The position numbers and the translations under genes were made by a program. Below the pieces are notes generated by a model. The model worked only from the letters and a program-made list of their open reading frames with translations, did not search any database and was not told the DNA's origin. DNA of 64,000 nucleotides from an uncultured Pseudomonadota bacterium (lineage in GTDB: Bacteria > Oederibacteriota > Muellerivitia > Muellerivitales > Muellerivitaceae): positions 384,001 through 448,000 of the forward strand of contig CAWIIP010000002.1 of assembly GCA_963836235.1 (NCBI GenBank). The letters run 5' to 3'. Of this stretch, positions 11,986 to 22,004 are shown in pieces (within the stretch, counting starts at the first letter, position 1; every line of letters begins with the position of its first letter).

Positions 11986-12084
11986 AAGAAGCCCTCGGCC
12001 TTAACCAAGGACTACCCCCGCCCCCAAAAAAATCTCGCAAAAAGAAGTGCGCCTAAAACAGGAATGCTACTTTTGAAAACCTTC

Positions 12085-13494
12085 TTAAAAATTACGTGCG
12101 ACAACGCCTTCAGCATGGTGTATTCGATAGGTGGGATTTTCAGGCAGTATGTTGAAATCAAAACCATTTTCTCGAATGACTTTCTGATACCATTTGGCGC
12201 TCTTCTTAAATGTGCGCTTTTGGGTTTTAAAATCAACGTGGACAAGGCCAAATCGCGGATCATAACCGTGACACCACTCAAAGTTATCCATGAAACTCCA
12301 AGCATAGTAGCCCTTGAGGAGTGCTCCATCTTGGATGGCTCGATTGGCCTCAGCCAAATAGTTACCCAGATAATGGATACGAATGTCATCTTCGAGGGTC
12401 TCTTCTACTGTTCTTTCTGAATCCCGTGTAGGAATACCGTTTTCAGTGATATACATTTTCCAACCATAGGTTTTCGAAAGGTGCATAAGGAGATCATAGA
12501 GAGCATCAGGCACCACCGGCCATTTGAGGTCATTTATTGGCATACCATCAGGCATAGAAAAATCATTATCGAAAATATTGTTTCCTTGAGCATTACGGGC
12601 ATAGTTAGGGAAATAATGATTTACTCCCAAAAAGTCTAGCGGATGGGCGATATCCTTGAGATCCTTCTCGTAATACTCCGGGTTTTCGCCCGAATATTTA
12701 AAAAAGAAAGGTGGATAGCCCTTGCCGGCTATAGGATCAAGAAAACTCTCGATCAAGAGATTTTGCATATGAAAGGCATATTCTTTATCGGCCTTGTCAT
12801 CCCGAAGAGTACGACATAGGGCCAAGGCCGCCACCGTACCAATTTCCCCTTTAAGATTCATCTGCCGGTAGTTTTGCATAGCCAAACCATGGCCCAGATT
12901 CAAATGATGGGTGGCTAAAGCGAATTCTTTACGATTTTCATGCCCCGGTGGAAAATAGCCCCATAGATAGCCCAGTTGGGCTGTAACCGCGGACTCATTT
13001 TGGGTGGCCCAAAACGGAATATCCTTACCAAACGCAGTAAAGAGAACTTCGGCATATTCACGGAAAGCCAAAGCGGTCTCTCGGTTAACCCAACCGCCGT
13101 CGGCCCATTCAGGGATTTCCCAATGAAACAACGTGGCATTGGGAGTGATATTGGCTTTATGAAGTTCCTCGATGAGTCGCCGATAAAAATCCAACCCTTT
13201 CTCATTAACTTTTCCCCTTTCGGGGATAACTCGGGGCCAGGAAAAGGAAAAGCGATAAGCTTTCAGACCCATTTCCTTCATGAGGGCGATATCCTCTTTA
13301 TACCGGTGGTAATGATCACAAGCTATGTCTGCATTTTCACCATTGGCGATTCGTCCTGGCGTACGAGTCCATTCATACCAATTGCTCTTGGCCGCCCCAT
13401 CAGCCAAAGGGCTTCCCTCTACTTGGAAAGAACTGGTAGCAGCTCCCCATAGGAAATCTTTAGGGAATGAAATAAAATGAGAGAGCATGAACAA
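12085..13494 (-). CDS. GH1 beta-glucosidase
   Basis: FPKDFLWGAATSSFQVEG, YRFSFSWPR, TQNES acid/base, YITENG nucleophile, WSFMDNFEW. Confidence 0.95.
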   Translation of the reverse strand: MFMLSHFISFPKDFLWGAATSSFQVEGSPLADGAAKSNWYEWTRTPGRIANGENADIACDHYHRYKEDIALMKEMGLKAYRFSFSWPRVIPERGKVNEKGLDFYRRLIEELHKANITPNATLFHWEIPEWADGGWVNRETALAFREYAEVLFTAFGKDIPFWATQNESAVTAQLGYLWGYFPPGHENRKEFALATHHLNLGHGLAMQNYRQMNLKGEIGTVAALALCRTLRDDKADKEYAFHMQNLLIESFLDPIAGKGYPPFFFKYSGENPEYYEKDLKDIAHPLDFLGVNHYFPNYARNAQGNNIFDNDFSMPDGMPINDLKWPVVPDALYDLLMHLSKTYGWKMYITENGIPTRDSERTVEETLEDDIRIHYLGNYLAEANRAIQDGALLKGYYAWSFMDNFEWCHGYDPRFGLVHVDFKTQKRTFKKSAKWYQKVIRENGFDFNILPENPTYRIHHAEGVVARNF

Positions 13495-13632
13495 TTTAGC
13501 CTTTCGTAAAAGTGATGCGATAGTTTATGGTTTTTCACTGAAAAATAAACTCAATAAATTCAAGTAAAGCGTTAACTTCTTTTAATAATTTCAAACCAAG
13601 AAACACTGTCTATTTCCAAGGAAAGCCCTTTT

Positions 13633-14178
13633 ATGGAATACAAGATCGTTAAAATTGGAAACCCAATCCTCCGAAAGAAAACCCACGCCATAACTGAAAA
13701 ACACTTGGCTTCAAAAAAAATTCAATCTTTTTTAAAACAAATGATCCCTCAAATGAGAAAAGCCAAGGGGGTGGGTTTAGCCGCCAACCAATTGGGATGC
13801 GATTGCCAGGCCCTCGTCATGGAATGCCGTGGCAACAAACGGTATCCCAGGGTCAAATCCTTTCCCCTTCGGACTTACATCAACACCCGGATTGTCCGCT
13901 ACTCAAAAACCACGCAAAAGGGGTGGGAAGGCTGCTTAAGTATTCCCGGTTTCCGTGGAATCGTCTCTCGTTCTAAACGAGTGACCTTTACGGCTCTTCT
14001 TCCAAACGGCCAGTTCATCCGACGTACGGTGAATGGTTTCGAGGCTCGGGTGATCCAGCATGAAGTGGACCATCTCAACGGATTTTTTTACATGGACCGC
14101 ATGAAAGACCTTAAAAACTGGATGCATTTGGACGAGTTTAACCGCCACTTTAATCGTGGAATCAGGGATAATAACTAG
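13633..14178 (+). CDS. def: Peptide deformylase
   Basis: GVGLAANQLG, EGCLS and QHEVDH motifs. Confidence 0.95.
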   Translation: MEYKIVKIGNPILRKKTHAITEKHLASKKIQSFLKQMIPQMRKAKGVGLAANQLGCDCQALVMECRGNKRYPRVKSFPLRTYINTRIVRYSKTTQKGWEGCLSIPGFRGIVSRSKRVTFTALLPNGQFIRRTVNGFEARVIQHEVDHLNGFFYMDRMKDLKNWMHLDEFNRHFNRGIRDNN

Positions 14179-14235
14179 GCAGCAAATATTTTACGTCACC
14201 TATTCAACAGCCGATCCCTATTTTGCGGACATATC

Positions 14236-14700
14236 ATGAAACTCTATCTTATTCGCCATGGCAAAGCCTCACGCCCTGATTCCGATGGGTCCAGAACGCT
14301 TACCCCCAAAGGGAAAGCCGAAGTCGCCCTGGTCGCGGAATACTTCAAAAAACACAGCTGTTCGATTAATACCCTTTGGCACAGTCCCAAAACCCGCGCC
14401 GTGCAAACCGCCGAAATTTTCCTGAAAATTGCTGGTGGAGCCGGGGTGAAACAGGAAGAAAAAAAAGAGCTTAAACCGGAAGGGAATCCCGCTGAGATTT
14501 TAAGTGAGCTTGCCTCGCGAACCGACGGAGATCTTATTCTAGTGACTCACCTTCCCTTCGTGGAGGAACTGGCCTCCCTTTTGGCGGTCGATTCCCCGGA
14601 GGCCGAGATTTCCTTCCCTACCGCTGGAATGGCCGCCTTTGAACGAAAAGGAAAAAACTGGAAATGGCTTTGGTCGCTTGATCCTTCTACGCTTAAATGA
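14236..14700 (+). CDS. sixA: Phosphohistidine phosphatase SixA
   Basis: LYLIRHGKA...RTLTPKG...HSPKTRAVQTA...LVTHLP. Confidence 0.9.
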   Translation: MKLYLIRHGKASRPDSDGSRTLTPKGKAEVALVAEYFKKHSCSINTLWHSPKTRAVQTAEIFLKIAGGAGVKQEEKKELKPEGNPAEILSELASRTDGDLILVTHLPFVEELASLLAVDSPEAEISFPTAGMAAFERKGKNWKWLWSLDPSTLK

Positions 14701-14749
14701 TGAAACCTAAATCTGATAAATTCCGCCGAGCGGCAATGCGGATTCTCCC

Positions 14750-14792
14750 CATTGGTCCGCCGCCTGCTCGGCAAGCAGGCGGCGGACCAATG
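14750..14792. repeat. Perfect 19-bp inverted repeat (REP-like hairpin)
   Basis: CATTGGTCCGCCGCCTGCT-cggca-AGCAGGCGGCGGACCAATG between the convergent sixA and YbhB-family genes. Confidence 0.85.
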
Positions 14793-14990
14793 CCGCCATC
14801 CTTTTGGGTTTTTCGAAGGGCGTTATGAGAAAGGGTCATGGTATTGAGGGATTATTGGTTTTGCAGGCCTTTCGGTTTTGCGGTACATAGGGCTATTTCC
14901 CTATGAGCGCAGTTGTACAGAGAGGTCCCTTTGTGCGAGGACGAATTCAGGGCCACGGGCCGCTAGGTTGAGGGCCGGTCGCAACGCCTT

Positions 14991-15617
14991 CTAGGGCCGT
15001 GCCTTGGAGTAGATGGCATAGGTGCACTTGAGTGTGGCTTTTTCCAGAACCAAGCCGGTCAATGCGTTCACGACATCCTTGCAGGTGAAGTTGCCTTCGA
15101 CCGGGCACCTCTTTTCCTTCAAGGCGTAGAGGGTGAAGATGTAGGTGTGAAGTTTCTCATCGTTCCAGGGCGGAGCGGGACCGTCATAGCCGGAGTAAGT
15201 GCCTTCCATGATCGCGTTTCCCTTATACCATTCGGTGAAATCGTTCACGGCATGTCGGGTGCCGCGGGCGCCGGCCGGGCCGGGCTTTCCCCTGACCGTG
15301 ACTTCCTTGCTGAATTCAGCTTGCTGTATGAAGGTCTTGGTATCCAGGTCCACCACCGCCCAATGGTAGAACTCGGTGCGGGGATAGTCATAGGGAACCA
15401 CTTTTCCCGCCTTGTTCACAAAATCACGGCTGGTTGGGGCGTCGATGTCGTGCATCACGATAACGAGGGATTTGGTGCCCTCCGGCATTTCGCCCCAGGA
15501 GAAATGAGGATTGCGGTTTCTGGACAATTCCGCATGGTGGCTGAGGTGAGGCTTGAGAAAGGTATATTCATCCCGCATGCGGGAACCGTCGCTGAAGCTA
15601 TCACTAGTAAATCTCAT
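14991..15617 (-). CDS. YbhB/YbcL (PEBP/RKIP-like) protein
   Basis: NPHFSW..PEGTKSLVIVMHDIDAP, FYHW, YDGPAPPWND..HTYIFTLYAL. Confidence 0.9.
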   Translation of the reverse strand: MRFTSDSFSDGSRMRDEYTFLKPHLSHHAELSRNRNPHFSWGEMPEGTKSLVIVMHDIDAPTSRDFVNKAGKVVPYDYPRTEFYHWAVVDLDTKTFIQQAEFSKEVTVRGKPGPAGARGTRHAVNDFTEWYKGNAIMEGTYSGYDGPAPPWNDEKLHTYIFTLYALKEKRCPVEGNFTCKDVVNALTGLVLEKATLKCTYAIYSKARP

Positions 15618-16094
15618 GATAATCTCCTTGATCCAGGGGTTTAGTTGCCCTTATTGAAGCACGGCTCCCCTAAAAAACAAGCCTGAAGTGGCCGACAAGG
15701 GAATTAAAATAAATCTAATGTCCCGGAACATTTCTAAAGGTTTATCGGGAAAAGCACAGGACCCCCGACCGTTACGGTGAAACTTTCGCCAGGTTTTAGG
15801 ATCGTTACATTGGAAATGACGCTGAAAAAGCCTCTTCGGTTCTGCGCTAGTTTTTTGTCGGAAAGCTGGTTGCAGCACAATGCTTGGAAAAAACAAAGGG
15901 TCTCGGCTGGATTTCTCTGGTTCCCCTCATATTCGAGGGAAAAACGACAGGTTGTGTGTGAATTCTTCATCCAGAAACCTTTAAACGGTAAAATGGCTTA
16001 AAACCCCCCCTAGTTTTAGTTTAAAACCTCGGCCTTTAAACCTCCTTTGGTTTAATTCCATTTTTTATAAATGAACAACCAAATAAAAGGCCTG

Positions 16095-16103
16095 TGCTAT
16101 AAT
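16095..16103 (+). promoter_or_regulatory. Extended -10 promoter
   Basis: TGcTATAAT about 45 nt upstream of ATG 16147, which has a GGAGG RBS at 16133. Confidence 0.6.
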
Positions 16104-16146
16104 GCGCTCCCTAAGTTTTCCATTTCTCCCCTGGAGGCTTCTTTAT

Positions 16147-18363
16147 ATGTCCACTGCCACTCAATCCGTCACCGGCACCCATTACGAACAGCTCATGAAG
16201 GGCGTGGATAGCGAGGTCCGTGATAAGGTCGAGGACTTTATCCGCTTCTTCGCCAACGACGCCGACACTTCGGCCGGGGCAGAAAAATCCCGCTCGGATA
16301 AACTGCGCAACGCATACAACGCGCTCGTGGATTACATCGTTTCCAACCTCTTGAATAACCTCAATCCAGAACAATCAACCTTCCTTAGCACCGGAGCCAT
16401 CGGGGACAAGATCACCGTCCAAACCGAGAAAGAGACCAAGGAAATTGAGCTTCTTTCGACCCCTTTTTATGAATCCCTCCTAAAATCATTTTCAAACCGT
16501 AACCCCGAGACGATCCCCGCCCCCGCTTATTGCGTGGTCGACAAGTTCCTTGCCATCGCCCGCAACGAGTTGGTCTCTTTCAAAATGGGCAAGGAGCGCG
16601 AGCGGGACCTGCGCAACGCCTCCGGTTCTGATACTAGCTACGTCAAAAACGAGTGGAAGCGCAAGATGAACCTCTTGCGGAACGAGATCGGGGTATCCGT
16701 CGGACAAATGGATTCCAACTTCTCTAAATTCATCGGCTCTTTCAATGAGGCCTCGGGAAAGAACGCCAAGACCGCCATGGAGATTCTTAAGAAGGTAGCC
16801 AATATTTGGGGCAGGGGCGATGCCGCGACTGACCAGGAATTGGCCTTCCTCAAGACCTTTGAGGGCAAGGTCGGAACCGCTGGCGGGGGCATGGCCAAGT
16901 GGTTGGACGAATTGCAGGCCCAAATGGCGGTCATCTCCGAACACAGTCGGCAGGTCGAGGAGAAATACCAGGTGATCCTCAAGTGCCAGCAGGAAATGGC
17001 CAAGGCTGAAGTGATGATGAAGACCTCCCCCGTGGACGGCCAGAAAATCCGCGACGAGTGGAAGCGGAAGATGGACCAGGTCAAGGGCGAGGTCGTCCTG
17101 TCCATCGGTCAGATCGATGCCAACTCACCTAAGGTCATCGCCGCCTTGAACGCCTCCGCCGGACAAAGCGCCAAAAGCGCCATGGAGACCTTCCGGACCA
17201 TCGCGGTCATCTGGACCAAGGGTGACAGCCTGACTGAACAGGAGAAAACCGCCCTAAGAGTCTCCGAGGGGAAGATCGGGTCAAGCGCCGCGGAACTGAC
17301 GAAAGTGGTCACACCGATCATGCCCCTCATGGCCAAGATCTCCGAGAACGGAAAGCAAGTGGAGGAAAAATACCAGAGCGTGGCCAAGTGCCAACAGGAG
17401 ATCGCCAACGCCGATTCCGGTCTGGCATCGGTGGCCCCCCCCAGCTCCGGGCCCCTTTTCGAACAGGTCGTCATCGAACAGATCCGCGTCGACATTGAGA
17501 CCACCAACAACGTCTGCGTGAAGCCGGCCGACACCTCCCCTATGAGGGTCCCATTTTCCGCGGCTCGTGTCCTACTTAACAAGCAGTTCCCCGATGAGGG
17601 AAGTCCGATGGACAGCCTCTGTACTCCCCCCGCCGTCCTGGCCGCCCTGGAAAAGATCCTGAAGATCCACACCAACCTCTTCAACCGGGACTGGGAGGGA
17701 AAACACATCATCCCCCCCATCCTGATCGAGCCCCTGCGCAATTTCGTTGATTTCTTCGAAGACCGGTTTGTCATGTCCTTCGTTTCCGGCGAAACCGTCC
17801 GTAAGGGCGCCTTCGTGACCTTCAACCCGATGGAGGTACAGGTGTTGCGCCTTTGCGCCCTTTACCTTACCAAGGACCCCATTTATGACTACCGGGGCGA
17901 GGTGAGAACCGGGACCTTTATGGGCGACTACACGGGCAAGATCGAGAAGTCGACCAAAGTCAAATGGACCGGTCAGGACAAGAAGTTCTCCTTGGCGGCC
18001 ACCCAAAGCATGCAGGACGAGGCCAGCCGCGACGACGCGATCGCCGACTACATCGATTTCATAAGCTCCATCGCCAACAACATCGCTCCCTCGCCCAAGC
18101 TCAGCAAGCGCAGGCTGGCGATCCTGTTGCGGTACGTGCTGTTCGACGATGTCGTGAAGAACATCGCGGCCATCCTGAAGCTGGTGACCCAGACCGATCC
18201 GGGCGAGGCCAAGACCGCTATCCTGTCCTTCGCGAAGGATAACGTGGATGTGGCCAAGGACTTGGTCCGAGCCGCCGTCAAATCCGATCCCTTGGCCTCC
18301 AAGATGTTCAGCGACAACCCTGATTTCGCCATCATGAGGGTGTTCGGCGGCGCCGGCCGTTAA
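16147..18363 (+). CDS. Large hypothetical helical protein with 135-aa internal tandem duplication
   Basis: Long ORF with strong C/G-ending codon bias, own promoter, RBS and terminator. EWKRKM...VEEKYQ..KCQQE occurs twice (16651 and 17056). Confidence 0.85.
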   Translation: MSTATQSVTGTHYEQLMKGVDSEVRDKVEDFIRFFANDADTSAGAEKSRSDKLRNAYNALVDYIVSNLLNNLNPEQSTFLSTGAIGDKITVQTEKETKEIELLSTPFYESLLKSFSNRNPETIPAPAYCVVDKFLAIARNELVSFKMGKERERDLRNASGSDTSYVKNEWKRKMNLLRNEIGVSVGQMDSNFSKFIGSFNEASGKNAKTAMEILKKVANIWGRGDAATDQELAFLKTFEGKVGTAGGGMAKWLDELQAQMAVISEHSRQVEEKYQVILKCQQEMAKAEVMMKTSPVDGQKIRDEWKRKMDQVKGEVVLSIGQIDANSPKVIAALNASAGQSAKSAMETFRTIAVIWTKGDSLTEQEKTALRVSEGKIGSSAAELTKVVTPIMPLMAKISENGKQVEEKYQSVAKCQQEIANADSGLASVAPPSSGPLFEQVVIEQIRVDIETTNNVCVKPADTSPMRVPFSAARVLLNKQFPDEGSPMDSLCTPPAVLAALEKILKIHTNLFNRDWEGKHIIPPILIEPLRNFVDFFEDRFVMSFVSGETVRKGAFVTFNPMEVQVLRLCALYLTKDPIYDYRGEVRTGTFMGDYTGKIEKSTKVKWTGQDKKFSLAATQSMQDEASRDDAIADYIDFISSIANNIAPSPKLSKRRLAILLRYVLFDDVVKNIAAILKLVTQTDPGEAKTAILSFAKDNVDVAKDLVRAAVKSDPLASKMFSDNPDFAIMRVFGGAGR

Positions 18364-18384
18364 GGAGAAACTCCAAGCCGCCTC

Positions 18385-18415
18385 AAAGTCCTTCCTGATT
18401 CAGGAGGGGCTTTTT
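18385..18415 (+). terminator. Intrinsic terminator
   Basis: AAAGTCCTTCCTGA-T-TCAGGAGGGGCTTTTT hairpin plus U tract. Confidence 0.75.
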
Positions 18416-18466
18416 GTTTTACGCCCCCGCCGATAAAATTTAATCATCTGTAATTGTGAGGAGCCA

Positions 18467-19015
18467 ATGGATTCCCGACAAGATAGCAATTTAGTCTGGA
18501 TGGATCTGGAAATGTCCGGCCTGGATCCCAAAACTTGCGTTATTCTTGAAATTGCTACTCTCGTCACCGACAAGGATTTAAATCTGTTGGCTCAAGGCCC
18601 AGCTTTGGTTATTCATCAGCCCGATTCCATTTTGGACAACATGGATGATTGGAACAAGAAACATCACCATGAATCCGGACTGACCCAGGCGGTAAAGGCC
18701 TCGAAAATCACCCCGGAGGAGGCTGAAAAGCGGACCCTGGAATTCATTTCTAATTATTGCAAGGAGAAAGGTTCCCCCCTTTGTGGAAACACCATCTATC
18801 AGGATCGCCGCTTTTTAATCGAGTACATGCCTAAGTTGGAAAGTTACCTGCATTACCGCTTGGTCGATGTCAGTACGATCAAGGAACTAGTAAAAAGGTG
18901 GTACGGACCCGAATTCCAATCACCCCAGAAAAAGCAAAAACACAAGGCCCTCGATGATATTTTAGAGACGATTGAAGAATTGAAATTCTACCGGCAAACC
19001 GTTTTCAAACAGTAA
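18467..19015 (+). CDS. orn: Oligoribonuclease
   Basis: LVWMDLEMSGLDP, SPLCGNTIYQDRRFL, LHYRLVDVSTIKEL, HKALDDI. Confidence 0.95.
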   Translation: MDSRQDSNLVWMDLEMSGLDPKTCVILEIATLVTDKDLNLLAQGPALVIHQPDSILDNMDDWNKKHHHESGLTQAVKASKITPEEAEKRTLEFISNYCKEKGSPLCGNTIYQDRRFLIEYMPKLESYLHYRLVDVSTIKELVKRWYGPEFQSPQKKQKHKALDDILETIEELKFYRQTVFKQ

Positions 19016-19348
19016 TCCGTCAAAATTTTGAACGATTTTTTCATCAAATACTCATAAATCTAAAAGTAGCGCTTACCGAAAATCTTTAACTCTGAAAAAC
19101 TCAAAACTCCTTTATTAAATTGAATAATCAAAATGATTTATATTTTTCTTTCACGGTAAACTTTTTATACAAAATGACAATCTTTGACTGCAAATCTAAA
19201 GTCACTTAGATCGATAAAGCGCTTTCGCAGGTAAACATTTTCCGAAAAATGCTTTATATTTGACTATACGCCCACCAACCCATGCTTAATAATAACTAAA
19301 CAATTCATCTCAACGCCAAATCCTATTTTGCAATAATGGGAATCTTCT

Positions 19349-20452
19349 TTGACCTCTAAAAAAATCGGTGCGTCTGAACATACGCATCCCATGGAACAAA
19401 CTCAAAGTGAAGCTTTGCGTATCAAGATGGCAATTTTGAATCAAGGGCTTATGTCTTTATACCATGCGAGCGCCGAACTCCAGTTTTCGAAACCTCTATC
19501 TTCCTTATTAAAATCAATTCTTCGTGGTTTGAAAAGCGGGACCGGCATTAATAAAGCCGTTATTTTTATCAAAGATGAATCCTCATTTAGTTTAAAAGGT
19601 TGCATCGGCCTGGGTGCAAATGATAAAAAAATTCAAGAGATGAACGTACTACTAACGATTGAGGAAGAATCTGATCTCTTAAAAACACGTCGAGCTCCTA
19701 TCCACCTAAGCAGTCCGAACCCTATTCAAGAGAGATTAATCCGTCTTTTTGAAAAGGACCTAGATTTTAAATCCGCGACCATGTTACCCCTGGAAATCCG
19801 AGATCATTTGGTCGGTCTCTTGGTCTATGAGCAATCGCAGGATTTATTGCAGGAAGAAATTCTTATTATTTTTTCAAGGCAGGCGGCCCTAACTATCGAA
19901 AACGCAAAACTTTTCGCAAAAGTGGAAGAAATGGCGCTCCGGGACACACTAACGGGCCTTTACAATAGAAGATACTTTCACCAAATTCTTGATTACGAAC
20001 TCAACCGGGCCAAAAGGTACCATCAACCTCTTTCCTTGATTTTTATCGACTTGGATCATTTTAAGGAAATCAATGACACCTTTGGTCATTCCGTCGGAGA
20101 TCAATTTCTGAAACAAATTTCGCAAAAACTCCAATCGCTTTTCAGAACTACGGATTTGGTAGCGCGTTATGCCGGAGATGAATTTGTCGCGGTTCTTCCA
20201 GCGACAAGCAGCGAAGGCGCGATGATCTTAGCTCATCGCCTCCAAGAAACTTTAGGAAGCTATCAAATTATGGCCCGGGGTAAAACACTTCAGGTCTCAG
20301 TCAGCATCGGTGTAGACACTTATGAAGGTTCGGAGGGAATTGGTGGTGTGACTTTCATTGATCGGGCCGATAAAGCTATGTATGAAGCAAAGGCACATGG
20401 CAGAAATTGTGTTAAAAGCTTTCAAGAACTTCCTAAAGTTTTCGTTAATTAA
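19349..20452 (+). CDS. GAF-like + GGDEF diguanylate cyclase (AGDEF variant)
   Basis: DTLTGLYNRR, DLDHFKEINDTFGH, RTTD I-site, RYAGDEF, ADKAMYEAK..GRN. The start may be ATG 19391. Confidence 0.9.
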   Translation: MTSKKIGASEHTHPMEQTQSEALRIKMAILNQGLMSLYHASAELQFSKPLSSLLKSILRGLKSGTGINKAVIFIKDESSFSLKGCIGLGANDKKIQEMNVLLTIEEESDLLKTRRAPIHLSSPNPIQERLIRLFEKDLDFKSATMLPLEIRDHLVGLLVYEQSQDLLQEEILIIFSRQAALTIENAKLFAKVEEMALRDTLTGLYNRRYFHQILDYELNRAKRYHQPLSLIFIDLDHFKEINDTFGHSVGDQFLKQISQKLQSLFRTTDLVARYAGDEFVAVLPATSSEGAMILAHRLQETLGSYQIMARGKTLQVSVSIGVDTYEGSEGIGGVTFIDRADKAMYEAKAHGRNCVKSFQELPKVFVN

Positions 20453-20483
20453 TTACGATCTTTTCCTTGATCTAAATCATCTT

Positions 20484-22004
20484 TTAACCAATCGCAAAAA
20501 GCTTCTTTTGATTATTGGACGAAGAAGGGTTTTCCTCTAAAACTTTTATCGTTTGCAACCGTCCATCTGATTGGCCATTAATGCGGGCCCCCGAATCCAA
20601 AACGTTCATCAAATAACTATAGATTTCTTGCGTAATCACCTCACCTGGACAGAGAACCGGAATACCGGGTGGGTAGGGACAGACAATTTCCGCGCATGTT
20701 TTGCCCACCGATCTTTTAAACGGAATTTTGCGGGTTAATTTGGTTAAAGCTTCGCGAGGGTTCACTTCTTTACGGGGAATAAAGCTTGGAAAGACGATTC
20801 TTTTACGTTTCTTTTGGTTCATGAACATGTCTTTGTAATCCACCACAATTTTTCTCAAAGCCTTCACAAACTTTTTCAATTCCTTCGACGTGTTTCCAAT
20901 GGAAACAAAAAGGAGGACATTCTGAAAATCAGCCATTTCTGTCTGGATTCCATATTCGGAATTCAAGATTTTAGCCATGTCATATCCTGAGCAAGGCAGG
21001 CCTTTCGTGGAAATAGTCAACTTGGTGACGTCCAAATCCAAATTCGGTATTTTGCGGACTTGCTCTCTTGTCAGGCAGGCCAACCCGTGGATTTTATTAA
21101 CGTCGTTCCTGGTTTCCTCACACATTTCAATCACATCTTCAAGAGCTTTTTCTCCGCCATTGACCATTTGGAAACGCGATAAATCCAAGGAGCCAAGAAT
21201 CACATAAGAGGGGCTGGTTGTCTGGAGCATCTGAAGGGTGGTCTTGAGCCGCAAGATATCAACCCGGACTCCCTTCACGTGAAGCATGGATCCCTGGCTT
21301 AACGCCGCCAAGTGCTTGTGAGTGGACTGAACGCACATATCGGCTCCCGAATCGATCGCCGCTTTAGGAAAAGAGGGATGAAAATGCAAATGCGCCCCAT
21401 GGGCCTCATCCACTAATAGGATTTTGTCATACTGATGGACGATTTCGGCGATAGCTTCTATGTCAGTGGTTAAGCCAAAGTAAGTCGGGTTGGTGACGAG
21501 GACCGCCTTGGCATCCGGATTCTGGCGGCAAGCCTCCTCTACCTGCTCGGGGGTGAGGTTTAAAATCAAATCGGAAGTTTCATCGATTTTCGGCATGATA
21601 TAAACCGGTTCGGCTCCAGCCAGGATAACGGCGGAGATGACCGATTTATGCGCGTTCCGGGGAATGATGATCTTGTCCCCGGGGTCGCAAACGGACAAAA
21701 TCATGGCTTGGTTCCCGCCCGTGGTTCCATTGACGAGAAAAAACGAATAATCCGCCCCATAAGCTTTGGCGGCTAAAATCTGCGCTTCCTTGATGACTGA
21801 ACTGGGTTCGTGAAGGGAATCCACCTCACTCATGACCGAAAGGTCGAGTCGGAATACCTTATCCCCGACAAATTGCCGGAATACCTTTAGTATCCCCTGA
21901 CCATGTTTATGCCCGGGCGTATGGAATGAAATTTTATTTTCGTTGGCGTATTGGACGATCGCGTCAAAAAGAGGGGTTTTATCTTGGCCGTCGTAAAGTG
22001 ACAT
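20484..22004 (-). CDS. speA: Orn/Lys/Arg decarboxylase (fold-type I PLP), probably arginine decarboxylase
   Basis: SFHTPGHK, VNGTT, RNAHKS, DEAHGAH, QSTHK (PLP Lys), TTSPSY, PYPPGIP; directly downstream of speE. Confidence 0.85.
   Translation of the reverse strand: MSLYDGQDKTPLFDAIVQYANENKISFHTPGHKHGQGILKVFRQFVGDKVFRLDLSVMSEVDSLHEPSSVIKEAQILAAKAYGADYSFFLVNGTTGGNQAMILSVCDPGDKIIIPRNAHKSVISAVILAGAEPVYIMPKIDETSDLILNLTPEQVEEACRQNPDAKAVLVTNPTYFGLTTDIEAIAEIVHQYDKILLVDEAHGAHLHFHPSFPKAAIDSGADMCVQSTHKHLAALSQGSMLHVKGVRVDILRLKTTLQMLQTTSPSYVILGSLDLSRFQMVNGGEKALEDVIEMCEETRNDVNKIHGLACLTREQVRKIPNLDLDVTKLTISTKGLPCSGYDMAKILNSEYGIQTEMADFQNVLLFVSIGNTSKELKKFVKALRKIVVDYKDMFMNQKKRKRIVFPSFIPRKEVNPREALTKLTRKIPFKRSVGKTCAEIVCPYPPGIPVLCPGEVITQEIYSYLMNVLDSGARINGQSDGRLQTIKVLEENPSSSNNQKKLFAIG

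Noticed and set aside
14857-14883. GCAAAACC-GAAA-GGCCTGCAAAACC on the minus strand, reminiscent of a c-di-GMP-I riboswitch
   Set aside because: The stem is too short, there is no convincing second hairpin or tetraloop receptor, and it lies between convergent genes with nothing downstream to regulate.
15651-16001. Three overlapping short ORFs between the YbhB-family gene and the large hypothetical gene
   Set aside because: Mutually overlapping, no motifs, and I cannot tell which if any is real.
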